DNA of 64,000 nucleotides from a bacterium (GTDB taxonomy: Bacteria > UBA8248). Shown here in pieces: positions 19,397 through 30,029 of the stretch (its first letter is position 1; the number at the start of each line of letters is the position of its first letter). The DNA is taken from contig CBDCRP010000003.1 of assembly GCA_965221165.1 (NCBI GenBank), positions 960,001 through 1,024,000 on the forward strand. Reading direction: 5' to 3'. The position numbers and the translations under genes were made by a program. The notes under the pieces are model-generated. The model saw only the letters and a program-made list of their open reading frames with translations, was not told the DNA's origin and did no database searches.

Positions 19397-20188
19397 TTAT
19401 GCGCCTGAGTCCGGCGGCCATGGAGTGACGCCGATTTCCCCGCGCATCAGGCGGCGGAATGCGGAGCGTCGCTGCGCTTCCCGAATGAGGGCGCCTACCA
19501 TCTGCCTCCAGAACACATACATCACACCGTCGGCACGCTTATGTTTTTTGCGCGCAAGTTTGCGCTCGCGTTCGATCTGGGAATCGTTTTGCTCGTCGTG
19601 CGAGACGACGGGCGGATCGATATAGAATACGTTCAACCCACTTTCCCAGAAACGGGATAGCGCCTGGTCGATTTCCCGCATCATCTTCGGCGTGTTCTCC
19701 AGAAAGTGGCGAGCCGCATCGCGCGTGATGACGTAGCCTTCACTCCCGTAGTCGTGGTAGCGTACGCGGCCCACTCGATGTCCCGTCTCGAGGCGCTCGC
19801 ACGGAATGAAGGTTCTGAGCGAGCGCCGGTTCAGTTTCACGACGTCGAAGGCGAACGGCCTGCGCTCCAGCGCGTCGAGAACTTCCGGGAGTTCCGGCGA
19901 CAACCCGGCGTCGTCCTCCAGTATCGCCGCGGTTTCCGGGCCGTTTTCCGCGATCTCCCGCATAATCTGATGATGACTCATCCAGCAGGCGATTTCCGCA
20001 TCGGCCTGGGGCCAGAGACCCAGTCGCCGTCTGGTTTCCCTGTCGACCTGGGCGTAGGTCTCCTGCGTAAAGTCTCGAATGTCGGCGGCGGGGTGAAACG
20101 CCGCTTCCAGACCAAGCGACGCGAACTGCTCCTCCATCCGGCGGCGGCGCTCGCAGGCCCCGGCGAGATTGATGACAAACAGTTTCAT
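19397..20188 (-). CDS. Glycosyltransferase family 25
   Basis: MKLFVINL...RRRRM, EIACWMSH, ILEDD, GYVITR. Confidence 0.9.
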   Translation of the reverse strand: MKLFVINLAGACERRRRMEEQFASLGLEAAFHPAADIRDFTQETYAQVDRETRRRLGLWPQADAEIACWMSHHQIMREIAENGPETAAILEDDAGLSPELPEVLDALERRPFAFDVVKLNRRSLRTFIPCERLETGHRVGRVRYHDYGSEGYVITRDAARHFLENTPKMMREIDQALSRFWESGLNVFYIDPPVVSHDEQNDSQIERERKLARKKHKRADGVMYVFWRQMVGALIREAQRRSAFRRLMRGEIGVTPWPPDSGA

Positions 20189-20327
20189 GGTTGGGTCCCC
20201 TCGTGTCGGCGAATCTTCTTCATCATTTGCCGGACAATCTTGACACATATCCTCCTGTATATTCAGAACTCCTGTCGATGGCGACGCTCGCGGACTCTGG
20301 ATATCTTTCGTCTTGTCTCTTTGCTCA

Positions 20328-21122
20328 TCATAAATCACTGCTATTCTTCGCTTTCCATACCTTGCGATAAAAAAACACGCGCTTGAGAATCTCTTCCCTG
20401 AGAAGACTGACCGCGCGGTGCGGCAATTTCCAGAAATTCCGGCTCGGGCGGGAATCCGCTGCTTCCTGAAGGAAAGAATGGCCGCCCGCCTCGTTTCCAT
20501 CAATCACGACGGGATTTTCCAAAGAGAAAACGTTCAACCCTGTTTCCCAGTATGCGTGCAGCGTATGATCGGGCCCATGAACTATTCTTGGACAGTGTCT
20601 CAGCAAGCGATTTGCTCCCTTTTGGGAAACTACATAACCTTGCGTTCCCCAGTCCGAAAACTTGGTGATGCCTAGTCTGATACCCTCATCGACTCTTTTT
20701 AGCGGCGCAAAGGCTTTATCCTTCCTGTTTCGATGCAGAAAAACAAAGTCGAATTCCCAGCCCGAGGAATATAGCCGCGCAAGCGCATCGAGCGCGTCGC
20801 CGATTTCCGCAGCCAGAGTTACATCGTCTTCGAGGATTGCAACCAATTCATCATCGCCGGCCGCAACGCCTTCCAGCGCCTTTCTGTGACTGAGATGGCA
20901 AGCGACCATGCCGTCCGAGAGCGGACGGCGGCCCTCCAGGTCACGGGATTTCCTGTCCACGAGGGTCCAGTCTTCTTCGCCCAGATCGCGCCAGTCGATG
21001 GCGTCTAAAATCTCGAATTCCATATCAAGAGCGCTGAACTGCCGGGACATTGCTTCGCACCGCTCTTTGGCGCGCGGCAGATTGATGACGATGCACTTCA
21101 TCGCGCGTGGGTCATGGGCCAC
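20328..21122 (-). CDS. Glycosyltransferase family 25
   Basis: MKCIVINLPRAKER, ACHLSH, ILEDD, GTQGYVVS. Confidence 0.9.
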   Translation of the reverse strand: MAHDPRAMKCIVINLPRAKERCEAMSRQFSALDMEFEILDAIDWRDLGEEDWTLVDRKSRDLEGRRPLSDGMVACHLSHRKALEGVAAGDDELVAILEDDVTLAAEIGDALDALARLYSSGWEFDFVFLHRNRKDKAFAPLKRVDEGIRLGITKFSDWGTQGYVVSQKGANRLLRHCPRIVHGPDHTLHAYWETGLNVFSLENPVVIDGNEAGGHSFLQEAADSRPSRNFWKLPHRAVSLLREEILKRVFFYRKVWKAKNSSDL

Positions 21123-21294
21123 TGCCTTACCTCGTTTATCGTTTCAAGACGGAATCCGGCAAAATTTTTACTTCATGCCGGCCGGCTCCATTCCAACTCC
21201 GGGGGCGATAATAGCATTTCTTCGTCGATGGGGTAACGAGGCGGGAGGGGAATCGGCGGGCGGAGAAAGCGCGGTGGCGTTGTATTGGCAGGGG

Positions 21295-21705
21295 CAGGTC
21301 GCGCTACAGAAGGCTTGTAGGGGACCATCGCGTCCCGCAGGCGCGAACTCTCCTCGGGTGTGGTTTACTCGTCATTCCGGCGCATGCCGGAATCCAGAAA
21401 TGCCCCACACGGGACATTTCACTTTGCCGTTGGTTTTCATCTTCATTTCCGGCAATTGAAGGGAAGAGGAAATGCCACAATTTATGACCGCCTCATCGGT
21501 TCTGGTCAACCTCGCGGTTGCCACCAACATGCGCCGGAACGACGGCGATTCGGCAGGGGGCGCGGGCGGACACGCGGGTCCGCCTCTACCATTTCCTCAT
21601 ACCTGCCGCAGGGGCGAACCCCTCCTCGGAACCGCCCCACGCATACATGCGGCCCGTGGTTGGGAGGCGAAAAAAGCAGGGTTGCATGTATGCAACCCCT
21701 ACAAA
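21295..21705. repeat. REP-like cluster with a CGTC composite element (~21370-21546) and GTAG palindromes
   Basis: CGTCATTCCGGCGCATGCCGGAATCCAG; variant right arm ...CCACCAACATGCGCCGGAACGACGG; GGGTTGCATGTATGCAACCCCTAC. Confidence 0.8.
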
Positions 21706-21742
21706 AGCGTATTTCCTCCCCCCGCCGTCTTTCCCGATCCGG

Positions 21743-22438
21743 TCAATGCCAGGACAGGTTGATGTAGGGCCGTTCGATGCTTCGGGCTTTCTCGTAGAGT
21801 GCATTGATCCGCGGCTTGTGAGCCGGGATCCGTTTTTCGTGCGTTTCCGCGAAGATATGGTCGATGCGCGCCAGGACGTCCGGCCGGTCGAACAAGGATT
21901 CGAGCAGTTCGACCTCGGCGCCTTCGATATCGATCTTCAAAACCCCGACCTCTTCATCGAGACCCTCGAGATAGCTGATGAAGTCTATCTGTCGGACCTC
22001 GACGGCGTCCTCTTCGGCGACGTTCCTCGCGTCGGCAATGACCGAACTTGATTCCGAATATAAGGCGGGATTGTTCTCGAATCGGGTATGCCGATAGAGA
22101 AAAACCTTATTCTCGCACGCGCCCGCCGCTGCGTTCACAATCGTGACGTTGTCGAGATCCGCAACGTTGGCCCGAAGCTCCGCGCAGGCCCACGGGTCGG
22201 GTTCAAAGGCGATCACCTGTTTGGCCCTGAGCGCCATCTTTCTGGTGTACACGCCGATGTTGGCCCCCAGATCGATGCACGTCATGCCTTCTGAGCGGCG
22301 GAGCGCCTCCTCGAACGCCGCCAGAGCGTGCAGCCCCAGAAATTTGCGTTCGTAATAGCGCCCCCATTCCCCCGGCAGCCGACGCAACAGGTTGTATCTG
22401 AAATACTTGTAGGTTCGATAGAGGCCCGATTTCTTCAT
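21743..22438 (-). CDS. FkbM family SAM-dependent methyltransferase
   Basis: IDLGANIG, IAFEPDP, LKIDIEGAE. ATG 22438 follows GAGGGG. Confidence 0.9.
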   Translation of the reverse strand: MKKSGLYRTYKYFRYNLLRRLPGEWGRYYERKFLGLHALAAFEEALRRSEGMTCIDLGANIGVYTRKMALRAKQVIAFEPDPWACAELRANVADLDNVTIVNAAAGACENKVFLYRHTRFENNPALYSESSSVIADARNVAEEDAVEVRQIDFISYLEGLDEEVGVLKIDIEGAEVELLESLFDRPDVLARIDHIFAETHEKRIPAHKPRINALYEKARSIERPYINLSWH

Positions 22439-22615
22439 CGCTTCCCCTCGGCCGGCTCTATTCCATGTCCGGGAGCGGACAGTACCATTTCTTCGTTGAT
22501 GCCGTAACGACTCGAAGCGAGGGCCGCGACAGGCGCGCTCTCTGCCGCGCCGACGACTCAGGGCGCGCGGCAGATTGATGACGACGCATTTCATCGCGCG
22601 CGACGCACGGGCCAC
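22435..22615 (-). pseudogene. Deletion relic: GT25 N-terminus joined to a probable gene tail
   Basis: 22562-22615 closely copies 21069-21122 (MKC.VINLPRA). Another frame ends ...EPAEGKR-TGA overlapping the FkbM ATG. Confidence 0.65.
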
Positions 22616-22731
22616 CGTTATCTCCCATTCATTTTATCTGCTGATTCCGGGCGGAAGATGATGCAACAAGCAGAAAACAGGCATAGAAAAATTCGCTCAA
22701 CGGCGAAATCTCCATAAATCATAGAATTTAT

Positions 22732-22807
22732 TGGTGGAGCTGAGGGGGATCGAACCCCTGACCTCATGACTGCCAGTCATGCGCTCTCCCAGCTGAGCTA
22801 CAGCCCC
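22732..22807 (-). tRNA. tRNA-Ala (GGC)
   Basis: GGGGCTGTAGCTCAGCTGGGAGAGCGCATGACTGGCAGTCATGAGGTCAGGGGTTCGATCCCCCTCAGCTCCACCA, 76 nt, cloverleaf with encoded CCA. Confidence 0.97.
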
Positions 22808-22904
22808 ATACAGAAGGAGACCTTCGAACCCCGAGGGGTGCGAAGGAATGTAGCGGAAACCGCCCATTCTCGTCAATGGAAACCGGAGCGAGACGCGCAG
22901 ATGC

Positions 22905-23990
22905 TCAACCGCCGGGGTCGGGCTCCTGAACGAACGCGCGCACCTGCCCGGAAAGCTCCGCGAAATCAGAACTTCCCGCCGCATCCTCCGCGAGAACCTC
23001 CACCTCCTCCGGCCCGCGCGCGCCGAGCCCGAGTTCGACCGCGCGCCTGATCTGCCGGTGCGACCAAATCGGATAATCGCGCAGGAGTTCAGACCCCATG
23101 GCGCGCACCACCGATGCGCCCACGACGTCCACGGCGACCCGATCATCGCCTACTATCATCACGTTCGGCTCACGCTCCTCTCCGGTATAGGGACCGCCCG
23201 ATATCCAGCATTTCGTCCCGTCCAGCACGATGAGGGAGGGGGAATAGAGCAGGTTCGTCTCCATGATCATCTCCGCCATCTGGGAGACGAAATGGGCGCG
23301 AACGCGATCCCTCGGGTGCACGAACCCGTATACGTTCTTGAGCGAGAGGCTGAAGCGCGGCCCCCCGCCGTGGCTCTTCATCGTGGGCAGGTTGACGACG
23401 TGCCGGCCGGGCCTTAAGAGGCGCTCGATGCAATGCACCCATCCGCCCCAGCGGATCGCCTCGGGCGCGCGGGCCTTCACCCACGGCTCCTCGTCGAAGC
23501 GCAAGACGCTCACGCCCGTTCTCTCCTGAAAATCGCTCATCCCCCAGCGCTCGAAATTCCCGCGCGCGGGCAGGGAGAGGAGGCCGCCCATCTCGCCCAC
23601 GGCCAAATCGTCGCAACCCGCTTCTTTCAGGAGGGCGACGACGGTTTCGAGCGTATCGGGATGCGTCGAGGCCGGGAAAGGATCGGCCGAGTTGAAGTTG
23701 GGTTTCAAGAGCGCGGGCGCGGGAGAATCGATGATATGCCGGATGCCGCCCAGTTTTTCCACCGCCAGGCGTATGGCCTCATCGCGCGTCTCCCCCCGAA
23801 CCATGGCCACGAGGCTCCTGCCCTCTTTCCTAAGACTTGGGCTGCGAAGCGGAGGGACTTCCGCTTCCGGGTAAACTTGTTTCGTCTCCTGCAACTCCCG
23901 GTAGGCCGCCGATTCATCGTAATCGAGGACTTTCCTGAAATTCTCGGCCCGCGTCGCCACGGGCGTATCGAGTGGAACTATCATTATCAC
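22905..23990 (-). CDS. DUF362 domain protein
   Basis: [39 protein letters not shown]. Confidence 0.85.
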   Translation of the reverse strand: MIMIVPLDTPVATRAENFRKVLDYDESAAYRELQETKQVYPEAEVPPLRSPSLRKEGRSLVAMVRGETRDEAIRLAVEKLGGIRHIIDSPAPALLKPNFNSADPFPASTHPDTLETVVALLKEAGCDDLAVGEMGGLLSLPARGNFERWGMSDFQERTGVSVLRFDEEPWVKARAPEAIRWGGWVHCIERLLRPGRHVVNLPTMKSHGGGPRFSLSLKNVYGFVHPRDRVRAHFVSQMAEMIMETNLLYSPSLIVLDGTKCWISGGPYTGEEREPNVMIVGDDRVAVDVVGASVVRAMGSELLRDYPIWSHRQIRRAVELGLGARGPEEVEVLAEDAAGSSDFAELSGQVRAFVQEPDPGG

Positions 23991-24344
23991 TCCTCCGGGG
24001 GAAGATGATTATCGGTTTCCATTATTGGAGGCATTCTACACCCCCAAGGCCGATTTTGTGAAACCATCCCTCGATGATTTCGCACCTCCCGATGATGCGA
24101 GAAAAAAACCCGGATGCAAGGAGATGTCGGCGGAATGATGACCTCTTTCGCTTTCCTCTCTCCCACAAGCACTAGCTTACTATTGAAACTAAAGCAGTAT
24201 TCCAGTTTCTTTCGCCTTTATCCTGTATTAGACTCAGGCTCCATCAGCGCAAGGCAGGACAAGCGAGTCCAATAGACATATTGCCTCCCCATACCTCCCA
24301 AAGCGCCTCGACGACGTTTGCTACATCTGATGGAAGGTTTTTTC

Positions 24345-25181
24345 ATGCTTTTTTTCATTCAATTCCTGGCGATGGGCTTAGGGGTCGGCTTCCTCGGCAC
24401 GCTGGTGGGAGCGGGAGGCGGCTTCATCCTCACGCCCCTGCTCTTACTGATCTTCACCGAGCAACCCTCCGAGGTAATCGCCGCCACCTCGCTCAGCGTG
24501 GTCTGCCTGAACGCCCTTTCGGGTTCGGTCGCCTATTACCGTCAAAAGCGAATCGACCTCAAGACCAGCGCTTCTTTCGCCCTGGCGGGCGCTCCTTGGG
24601 TGATCGTCGGCGTCTACGCCACGAGCGAGGTCGCGCGCGGGCCGTTCGACATCATTCTGGGTCTGGCTCTGCTCATCCTGTGCATCTCCATCATCAACCC
24701 GCCGCCTCCCCTGGAAGCGACGCGGGAGAGCGGCGGCGGTCTGGCCGCCCTGGCGCAACGCCGCATCGTCGACAACCAGGGCCGCGTCTATGAGTACGCC
24801 TTCCGCTTCCGGCTCGGTGTCTGCCTGAGTTCCATCGTGGGTTTTCTGGCGAGCTTTCTGGGCATCGGGGGCGGCCCGATGCACGTTCCCGTGATGATAA
24901 GAATCCTGCGGATTCCTCCCCACATCGCCACCGCCACGTCGCAGTGCGAGCTTCTCTTGACCACCGCGCTCGCCGTGGTGGTTCATTTCTTCCACGGAAA
25001 CCTCCATGCGATGAAGAGCGTGATTCTCCCCCTCGCGATCGGGATAATCGTGGGCGCGCAAGTGGGAGCCGCGATATCGAACAAGGTGAAATCCCTCACC
25101 CTCACACGCATTCTGGCGGTGCTGATGACGCTCGTCTCCCTGCAGCTTCTCTATAAGGGCGCTCGCGCGTGGCTGTGGTGA
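24345..25181 (+). CDS. Sulfite exporter TauE/SafE (TSUP) family protein
   Basis: Duplicated GAGGG/GIGGG...P motifs, AATS/TATS, multiple TM helices. Confidence 0.9.
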   Translation: MLFFIQFLAMGLGVGFLGTLVGAGGGFILTPLLLLIFTEQPSEVIAATSLSVVCLNALSGSVAYYRQKRIDLKTSASFALAGAPWVIVGVYATSEVARGPFDIILGLALLILCISIINPPPPLEATRESGGGLAALAQRRIVDNQGRVYEYAFRFRLGVCLSSIVGFLASFLGIGGGPMHVPVMIRILRIPPHIATATSQCELLLTTALAVVVHFFHGNLHAMKSVILPLAIGIIVGAQVGAAISNKVKSLTLTRILAVLMTLVSLQLLYKGARAWLW

Positions 25182-25308
25182 ACCGCGCCTCGGTCTGGCA
25201 AATCGGCGCGTCGTGTGTGAGAATGCGGCCTCTGGTTAAAGACCACTTGGACAATTACATTCAACAAGGCGTCAGCCCGGAGAGGCGGGCGAGAAGGAGA
25301 TTTTGAAC

Positions 25309-26091
25309 ATGTCGGAGAGAGCAACCGTCGTAGAGGTCAAGGACAAAACCCTCTGGGTGGGGCTGAACCGTCCCAAAACGCTGAACGCGATGAATTTTCA
25401 GATGATCAACGAAGTCATCGAAGCCTTCACCCGGCTCGATGAGGACCCCGACATCGGCGCGGGCGTCCTGTACGGCCTGAACGGGAATTTCTCCTCGGGC
25501 GGCGACATGGACATGATGCTGGGCTTGAACTACCAGACGGGCCACATCTGGAACAACAAGATGAGGCGGCTTTGCATGACGCTCAGAAACTCGGGCAAGC
25601 CCACCATCGCCATGGTGCGCGGCTGGTGCATCGGCGGGGGCAACGAATGGCAGCTCTATTGCGATTTGTGCATCGCGAGCGAAAACGCGACGTTCGGGCA
25701 ATCGGGCGCGCGCGTGGGCGCACTGCCGGTGGTGGGCGCCACGCAATACCTCCCCCTGCTCATGGGCGATCGCAGAGCGCGCCAGATGCTGTTCCTGGCC
25801 AAGCGCTATTCCGCGCAGGAGGCCAAGGAAGCCGGGCTGATCAACGAAGTCGTGCCCGACGATGAACTCGAAAAGACGACCGAGGAGTGGTGCGCCACCA
25901 TCAACTCCCACGCCCCGGCCACGCTGCGCTACATGAAGACGAACTTGAATTTCCTGGGCGACCTCCACTATCCCTCATGGATGCACGGCAGCGAACTTCT
26001 GAACGCCGTGTGGAACAACGAGCAATCCGTCGAGGGAATGAACGCGTTCAAGGAAAAAAGGCCAGCCGATTTCAGCCGCTTCCCCCGCTAG
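25309..26091 (+). CDS. Crotonase-fold enzyme, MenB/BadI-like
   Basis: LNRPKTLNA, FSSGGD, GWCIGGGNE, FGQSGARVG, EGMNAFKEKR. AAGGAG RBS. Confidence 0.88.
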   Translation: MSERATVVEVKDKTLWVGLNRPKTLNAMNFQMINEVIEAFTRLDEDPDIGAGVLYGLNGNFSSGGDMDMMLGLNYQTGHIWNNKMRRLCMTLRNSGKPTIAMVRGWCIGGGNEWQLYCDLCIASENATFGQSGARVGALPVVGATQYLPLLMGDRRARQMLFLAKRYSAQEAKEAGLINEVVPDDELEKTTEEWCATINSHAPATLRYMKTNLNFLGDLHYPSWMHGSELLNAVWNNEQSVEGMNAFKEKRPADFSRFPR

Positions 26092-26241
26092 GGGCGGCGG
26101 AGAAATCAGGGGTCGGAAACTTGCTGCGAACAAGGTAGGGGCGCGCCATATTTTGCATGGCGGGGCCTTACACGCTCTACTTGTACGCCTGCCGGTTCAC
26201 TTCATCATGCCGCTTCACTCGATGTCGTTGGAGGAAAATGG

Positions 26242-26721
26242 GTGGCGCGCAAGAAAATCGGGCCGCGCCCCGGTTATATACGCGGCGAATCAGGCGCGAG
26301 CGGTAAGGCGGCGGGCGCAAACGCGCGCTTCGTGGATGAGGAGACCCTGAACTGGCTGCTGCTCCCCCGGGAGGAGTTCGGCCTCGAGGCGAAAAACTGC
26401 GTCGGTGTCGAGATTTTCGGGGGCAGCATGGAGCCGCTCCTGCCGGAGGGATGCCTCGTCCTCATCGACACGAACGACAAAACCTTGCACAAAGACGGCA
26501 TATACGCCCTGCGCGGAACGGATGGGCGGTGCGCGGTCAAACACGTCGAGATACTCGACGCCAGGCGCATCGCCCTCATCCCGGCGAATCGTGCGGAGTT
26601 TCGTGCGGAAATATGGGAACTGGCCGTCGGGGAAAATCTGGAAGATAGAATTATCGGCAGGGTGGTCTGGCGCGCCCATCACCTCAAGAAAAACATGAAC
26701 GGGGAACCGCCGGGCGGTTAG
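26242..26721 (+). CDS. S24 (LexA/CI-type) peptidase domain protein lacking an HTH
   Basis: GGSMEP (Ser), AVKHV (Lys), IIGRVVW. Confidence 0.75.
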   Translation: MARKKIGPRPGYIRGESGASGKAAGANARFVDEETLNWLLLPREEFGLEAKNCVGVEIFGGSMEPLLPEGCLVLIDTNDKTLHKDGIYALRGTDGRCAVKHVEILDARRIALIPANRAEFRAEIWELAVGENLEDRIIGRVVWRAHHLKKNMNGEPPGG

Positions 26722-27401
26722 CGGGCGTAGCCCTTTCGCTTGTAGACGCCGGGGGAGCCGGGAGCCTGCCGGTAATAGCTCCGCACGCGCGCCGTCCATT
26801 CGGAGGCGTTCATGCGCTTCCACTCGGGCGTTTCGCGCACGGATTCATCCTCCATCTCGTAGAGCACGATCATGAGCCTCTCCCCCTCCACGGTATTGTA
26901 GCGGCGCATGCGCCTCACCCCCGGCACCTCCTCGCACAAGGGGCCGCGATCCCGGGAGTACCAGCCGTTAAAATCGGCGAGCCACTCCTGTGGAACATGG
27001 ATTCTGCCGAACTGGATGACGGGACCGAGGCCGGCCGCGTCCACCGACGGGAAATCGGGCTGCCGCGCCGGCAAGCCGGGATAGACCTGCGCGCAGAACA
27101 AGCGGATGCACGTCTTGGGGGAATTGGGAGAGCGCATCTCGTCGGAGTTCATGAGCGAGGCGAACTCCTCGCCATAGAACACATGAATGTTTTCAGCTTC
27201 GATCAAGTTCAGAAAGCGCGGCGCACCATCGATGGCTTCGTAGCCCGCCCCTCCGTTCACACCGGAGATTTTGAGCATTCTCGAGAGGCGAACCTCATCG
27301 AGCCACGCGCGAGCCTCATCCTCCTCGCCTGCTGCAAAATCGAACAATTCGGCAAGCAAACCCATGCCATGTGTGCGCACAAACACTTCTCCGTCTTTCA
27401 C
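26718..27401 (-). CDS. Hypothetical protein with tandem EthD/DUF4286-like barrel domains
   Basis: Two related halves (EDEARAWLDEV; ADFNGWY...VPGVRRMRRY...LYEME). Confidence 0.65.
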   Translation of the reverse strand: MKDGEVFVRTHGMGLLAELFDFAAGEEDEARAWLDEVRLSRMLKISGVNGGAGYEAIDGAPRFLNLIEAENIHVFYGEEFASLMNSDEMRSPNSPKTCIRLFCAQVYPGLPARQPDFPSVDAAGLGPVIQFGRIHVPQEWLADFNGWYSRDRGPLCEEVPGVRRMRRYNTVEGERLMIVLYEMEDESVRETPEWKRMNASEWTARVRSYYRQAPGSPGVYKRKGYAR

Positions 27402-27424
27402 GTCGGGAAAAGGGAGAACCCGCG

Positions 27425-27718
27425 CTATTTCTTCTGGAGCGCCACCCGTATCGTTCCCCCATACTGCGCGGCCACCAGATGATGGGGGCGATATCCTTCC
27501 TTGAGAATTTCGACCGTGAACGTATCCGCGTAATGATCCTTTATCTTCTTCCAGGGGATGACGACCGGCGATTTGCCTATTTTTTCCTTACCGAGCTTCA
27601 CGGTGGCGCCCGGAGGCTCCGTGATCACCTCCACGCCTCGCGGCACCACGTCGCCGCACGCACCCAACACGAAAACCACGGCGAGAAGCACCAATCCCAT
27701 ACCGAGGGTCTTGCGCAT
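27425..27718 (-). CDS. PEGA-like domain lipoprotein
   Basis: Lipobox LGAC; TEPPGATV...IGKSP...KEGY. Confidence 0.75.
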   Translation of the reverse strand: MRKTLGMGLVLLAVVFVLGACGDVVPRGVEVITEPPGATVKLGKEKIGKSPVVIPWKKIKDHYADTFTVEILKEGYRPHHLVAAQYGGTIRVALQKK

Positions 27719-27883
27719 TCCTTGTTTCTCCTTCATTGCCGTACCCATCAAATATCATATACGAGAAGCGGGCGCGACCAGGAAGCCCCGCCTTGACTTT
27801 CAGGGGATTATGAACCCATCGGTTGACAAAATCCACCGCGAAACAGACCCTCTGCGGGATAATCGGGACGGGAGGATTTCCGC

Positions 27884-28357
27884 TTGCGCCGGCACCGCTA
27901 CTATTTCGATCTCATACTCAAGGGCGTGGACAAATACAATCTCGCCGACTGCATCGTGGATGAATACCTGCCTCTCACCGCGCAAATACCCATCTGGGAA
28001 ATCACGGAAAAAATCCGCAAGGGGCACCTCCATTTCGAGCACGAAAGCGTGGAGCCCCTAGAGGAATTCGAAAAAAACCTAATCGCCCTGAGCGCATATC
28101 TTCACGAGGTGCTCAAAGGCTTTCACGCGGTCGAAGAAGTACAAGAAGACAGGCTCCGCCTCGTCGAGGCGCAAAAAATTCTGGCGCTCAGGGGCGAGGC
28201 CGTCACCCTTCCCCTGCGGCTTCCGCCCATGCTCAGGCTCAACGACCTGGACCCCGACGCGGACGACCTCGACCACATCGAGGCGCGCTGGCCGGACTAC
28301 CCACGCTGGTTCCAGGACGGGATGCGCAGAAAACACCCGTATTTAAGACGTCTCTAG
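27884..28357 (+). CDS. Hypothetical protein
   Basis: 157-aa ORF, TTG start after GGGAGG, fills the gap with natural composition. Confidence 0.7.
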   Translation: MRRHRYYFDLILKGVDKYNLADCIVDEYLPLTAQIPIWEITEKIRKGHLHFEHESVEPLEEFEKNLIALSAYLHEVLKGFHAVEEVQEDRLRLVEAQKILALRGEAVTLPLRLPPMLRLNDLDPDADDLDHIEARWPDYPRWFQDGMRRKHPYLRRL

Positions 28358-28376
28358 GGGGTGCAAGCAGAACGAA

Positions 28377-29909
28377 TCAGGGGCTGATCTTCAGGAAGTT
28401 CGGGTCACTCTCATCCCCATAGGTCTCGAGCTTCTCATCCGCACCTTCCGCATCGGCCGCGCGCGGGGCCTTCTCTTCGGGAGACATGTGGTCACCCTCT
28501 TCCTGCGCATTCATCTTACGCGCTTCAAGCTCCTCGGGCGCTTTCTCTACGGGAGATATCCGTACGACATTTTCTTCCTCATCCGCCTCACGCGCCTGAA
28601 GCGCGCGCGGGGTTTTCTCCACGGGGGAAACGAAGTCTATCTCCCCTCCCGGCGCGCTGCCGTAGTCGCTGAATTTTCTCGCCGACACCAGCACCCGCGA
28701 TTCATAGGAACCCACCGCCTTGTTGTAGGCCTCGACCGCGCGGTCCAGTCCCCGGCCCATGGTCTCGAAATGCTTCGCCAGCGTCTTGAGCCTCGCATAA
28801 AGCTCCCCGCCAAGCACACTCACGGCCTGGGCGCTCTCGGCCACCTTCTCCTGCCGCCAGCCATAGGCCACCGCGCGCAACAGGGCGATGAGCGTCGTGG
28901 GCGTCGCCAGTATCACTTGCTGACTCACGCCCTCTTCTATCAGGCCGGGGTCTTGTTCGAGCGCCGCGCTGAAAAAGCTCTCCCCGGGCAGAAACATAGC
29001 CACGAACTCAGGCGTGGACTCGCACTGATCCCAGTAGGCCTTGGAACTCAGGCGGCTCATGTGGTCTCTAATCTGGCGCGCATGTTCTCCCAAAAAAACG
29101 CGGCGCGCGTCCTCATCCTCCGCTTCGAGTGAGTTCAAGTACGCATCGAGCGGCGCCTTGGCGTCGACCACCACGTTCTTCCCGCCGGGCAGCTTCACGA
29201 TGAGGTCGGGGCGCAGGCGCGCTTCTTCGCCCTCGAGCGTCTGCTGCTCCAGGAAATCACAATGCGCCACCATGCCGGCCATCTCCACCACACGCCGCAG
29301 TTGCATCTCCCCCCAGCGTCCGCGCACGTTCGGCGCACGGAGGGCCTTCACGAGATTTCCCGTCTCCGACTGAAGCTCCTTCTGCGTGCTCACGAGGGAT
29401 TTGACCTGCTCGGTGAGCGCGCCATAGGCCTCCCGCCTGGCTCTTTCCAGGCCTTGCACCTGGTTCTCCACCTTGTCGAGCGACTCCCGGATGGGGACGA
29501 CCAGATTTTCCACCGCCTTCTGGCGCGATTCGAGGTCGCCTTTGGCCTCGCTCTGGAATTTTTCGAGCGTCGTCTTCGCCAGGTCGAGAAAAGAGGCGTT
29601 GTTGCTCTTAAGGGCGTCGGCGCTGAGCGCGCCGAAGCTCTCGCGCATATCCTCCGTCGCGCGGCGCAGCAGGTCGATTTTCTCTTCCGCCGATTTTCGC
29701 TCGTGCGTCAAATCGGACTCGAGGCGCGCGACGTCCGACCTTAAGCCCATATTCTTTTCCAGCTCGGCGGCGTGGGCGGCCTGGGCATCGGCCTTTTCCA
29801 TCTCGGCGTTGCGCAGCATTCGGGCCAGACCCGAAATCCGTGACCTCATGGCGAACCAGAAGCACAAGACGAGAGCGGCGGCTCCCAAGGCGACGTGCCA
29901 TGCTTCCAT
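28377..29909 (-). CDS. rmuC: DNA recombination protein RmuC with a repetitive C-terminal tail
   Basis: N-terminal TM and coiled coil, [33 protein letters not shown]. Confidence 0.93.
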   Translation of the reverse strand: MEAWHVALGAAALVLCFWFAMRSRISGLARMLRNAEMEKADAQAAHAAELEKNMGLRSDVARLESDLTHERKSAEEKIDLLRRATEDMRESFGALSADALKSNNASFLDLAKTTLEKFQSEAKGDLESRQKAVENLVVPIRESLDKVENQVQGLERARREAYGALTEQVKSLVSTQKELQSETGNLVKALRAPNVRGRWGEMQLRRVVEMAGMVAHCDFLEQQTLEGEEARLRPDLIVKLPGGKNVVVDAKAPLDAYLNSLEAEDEDARRVFLGEHARQIRDHMSRLSSKAYWDQCESTPEFVAMFLPGESFFSAALEQDPGLIEEGVSQQVILATPTTLIALLRAVAYGWRQEKVAESAQAVSVLGGELYARLKTLAKHFETMGRGLDRAVEAYNKAVGSYESRVLVSARKFSDYGSAPGGEIDFVSPVEKTPRALQAREADEEENVVRISPVEKAPEELEARKMNAQEEGDHMSPEEKAPRAADAEGADEKLETYGDESDPNFLKISP

Positions 29910-30029
29910 GCGGGAATTCTCCCTGGGGCGATGATTTCAAGATTCGGGCGAGTAGCGGAAGTTCCAGCGACTTATTGCTTATTGTATCAGTATTTTCCCA
30001 AAAATGCTTCCCGGCGGATTTTGGTACTC

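Noticed and set aside
22690-22807. tRNA-Ala as the attachment site of an intact integrated element
   Set aside because: No integrase and no duplicated tRNA 3' end found by eye in the window.
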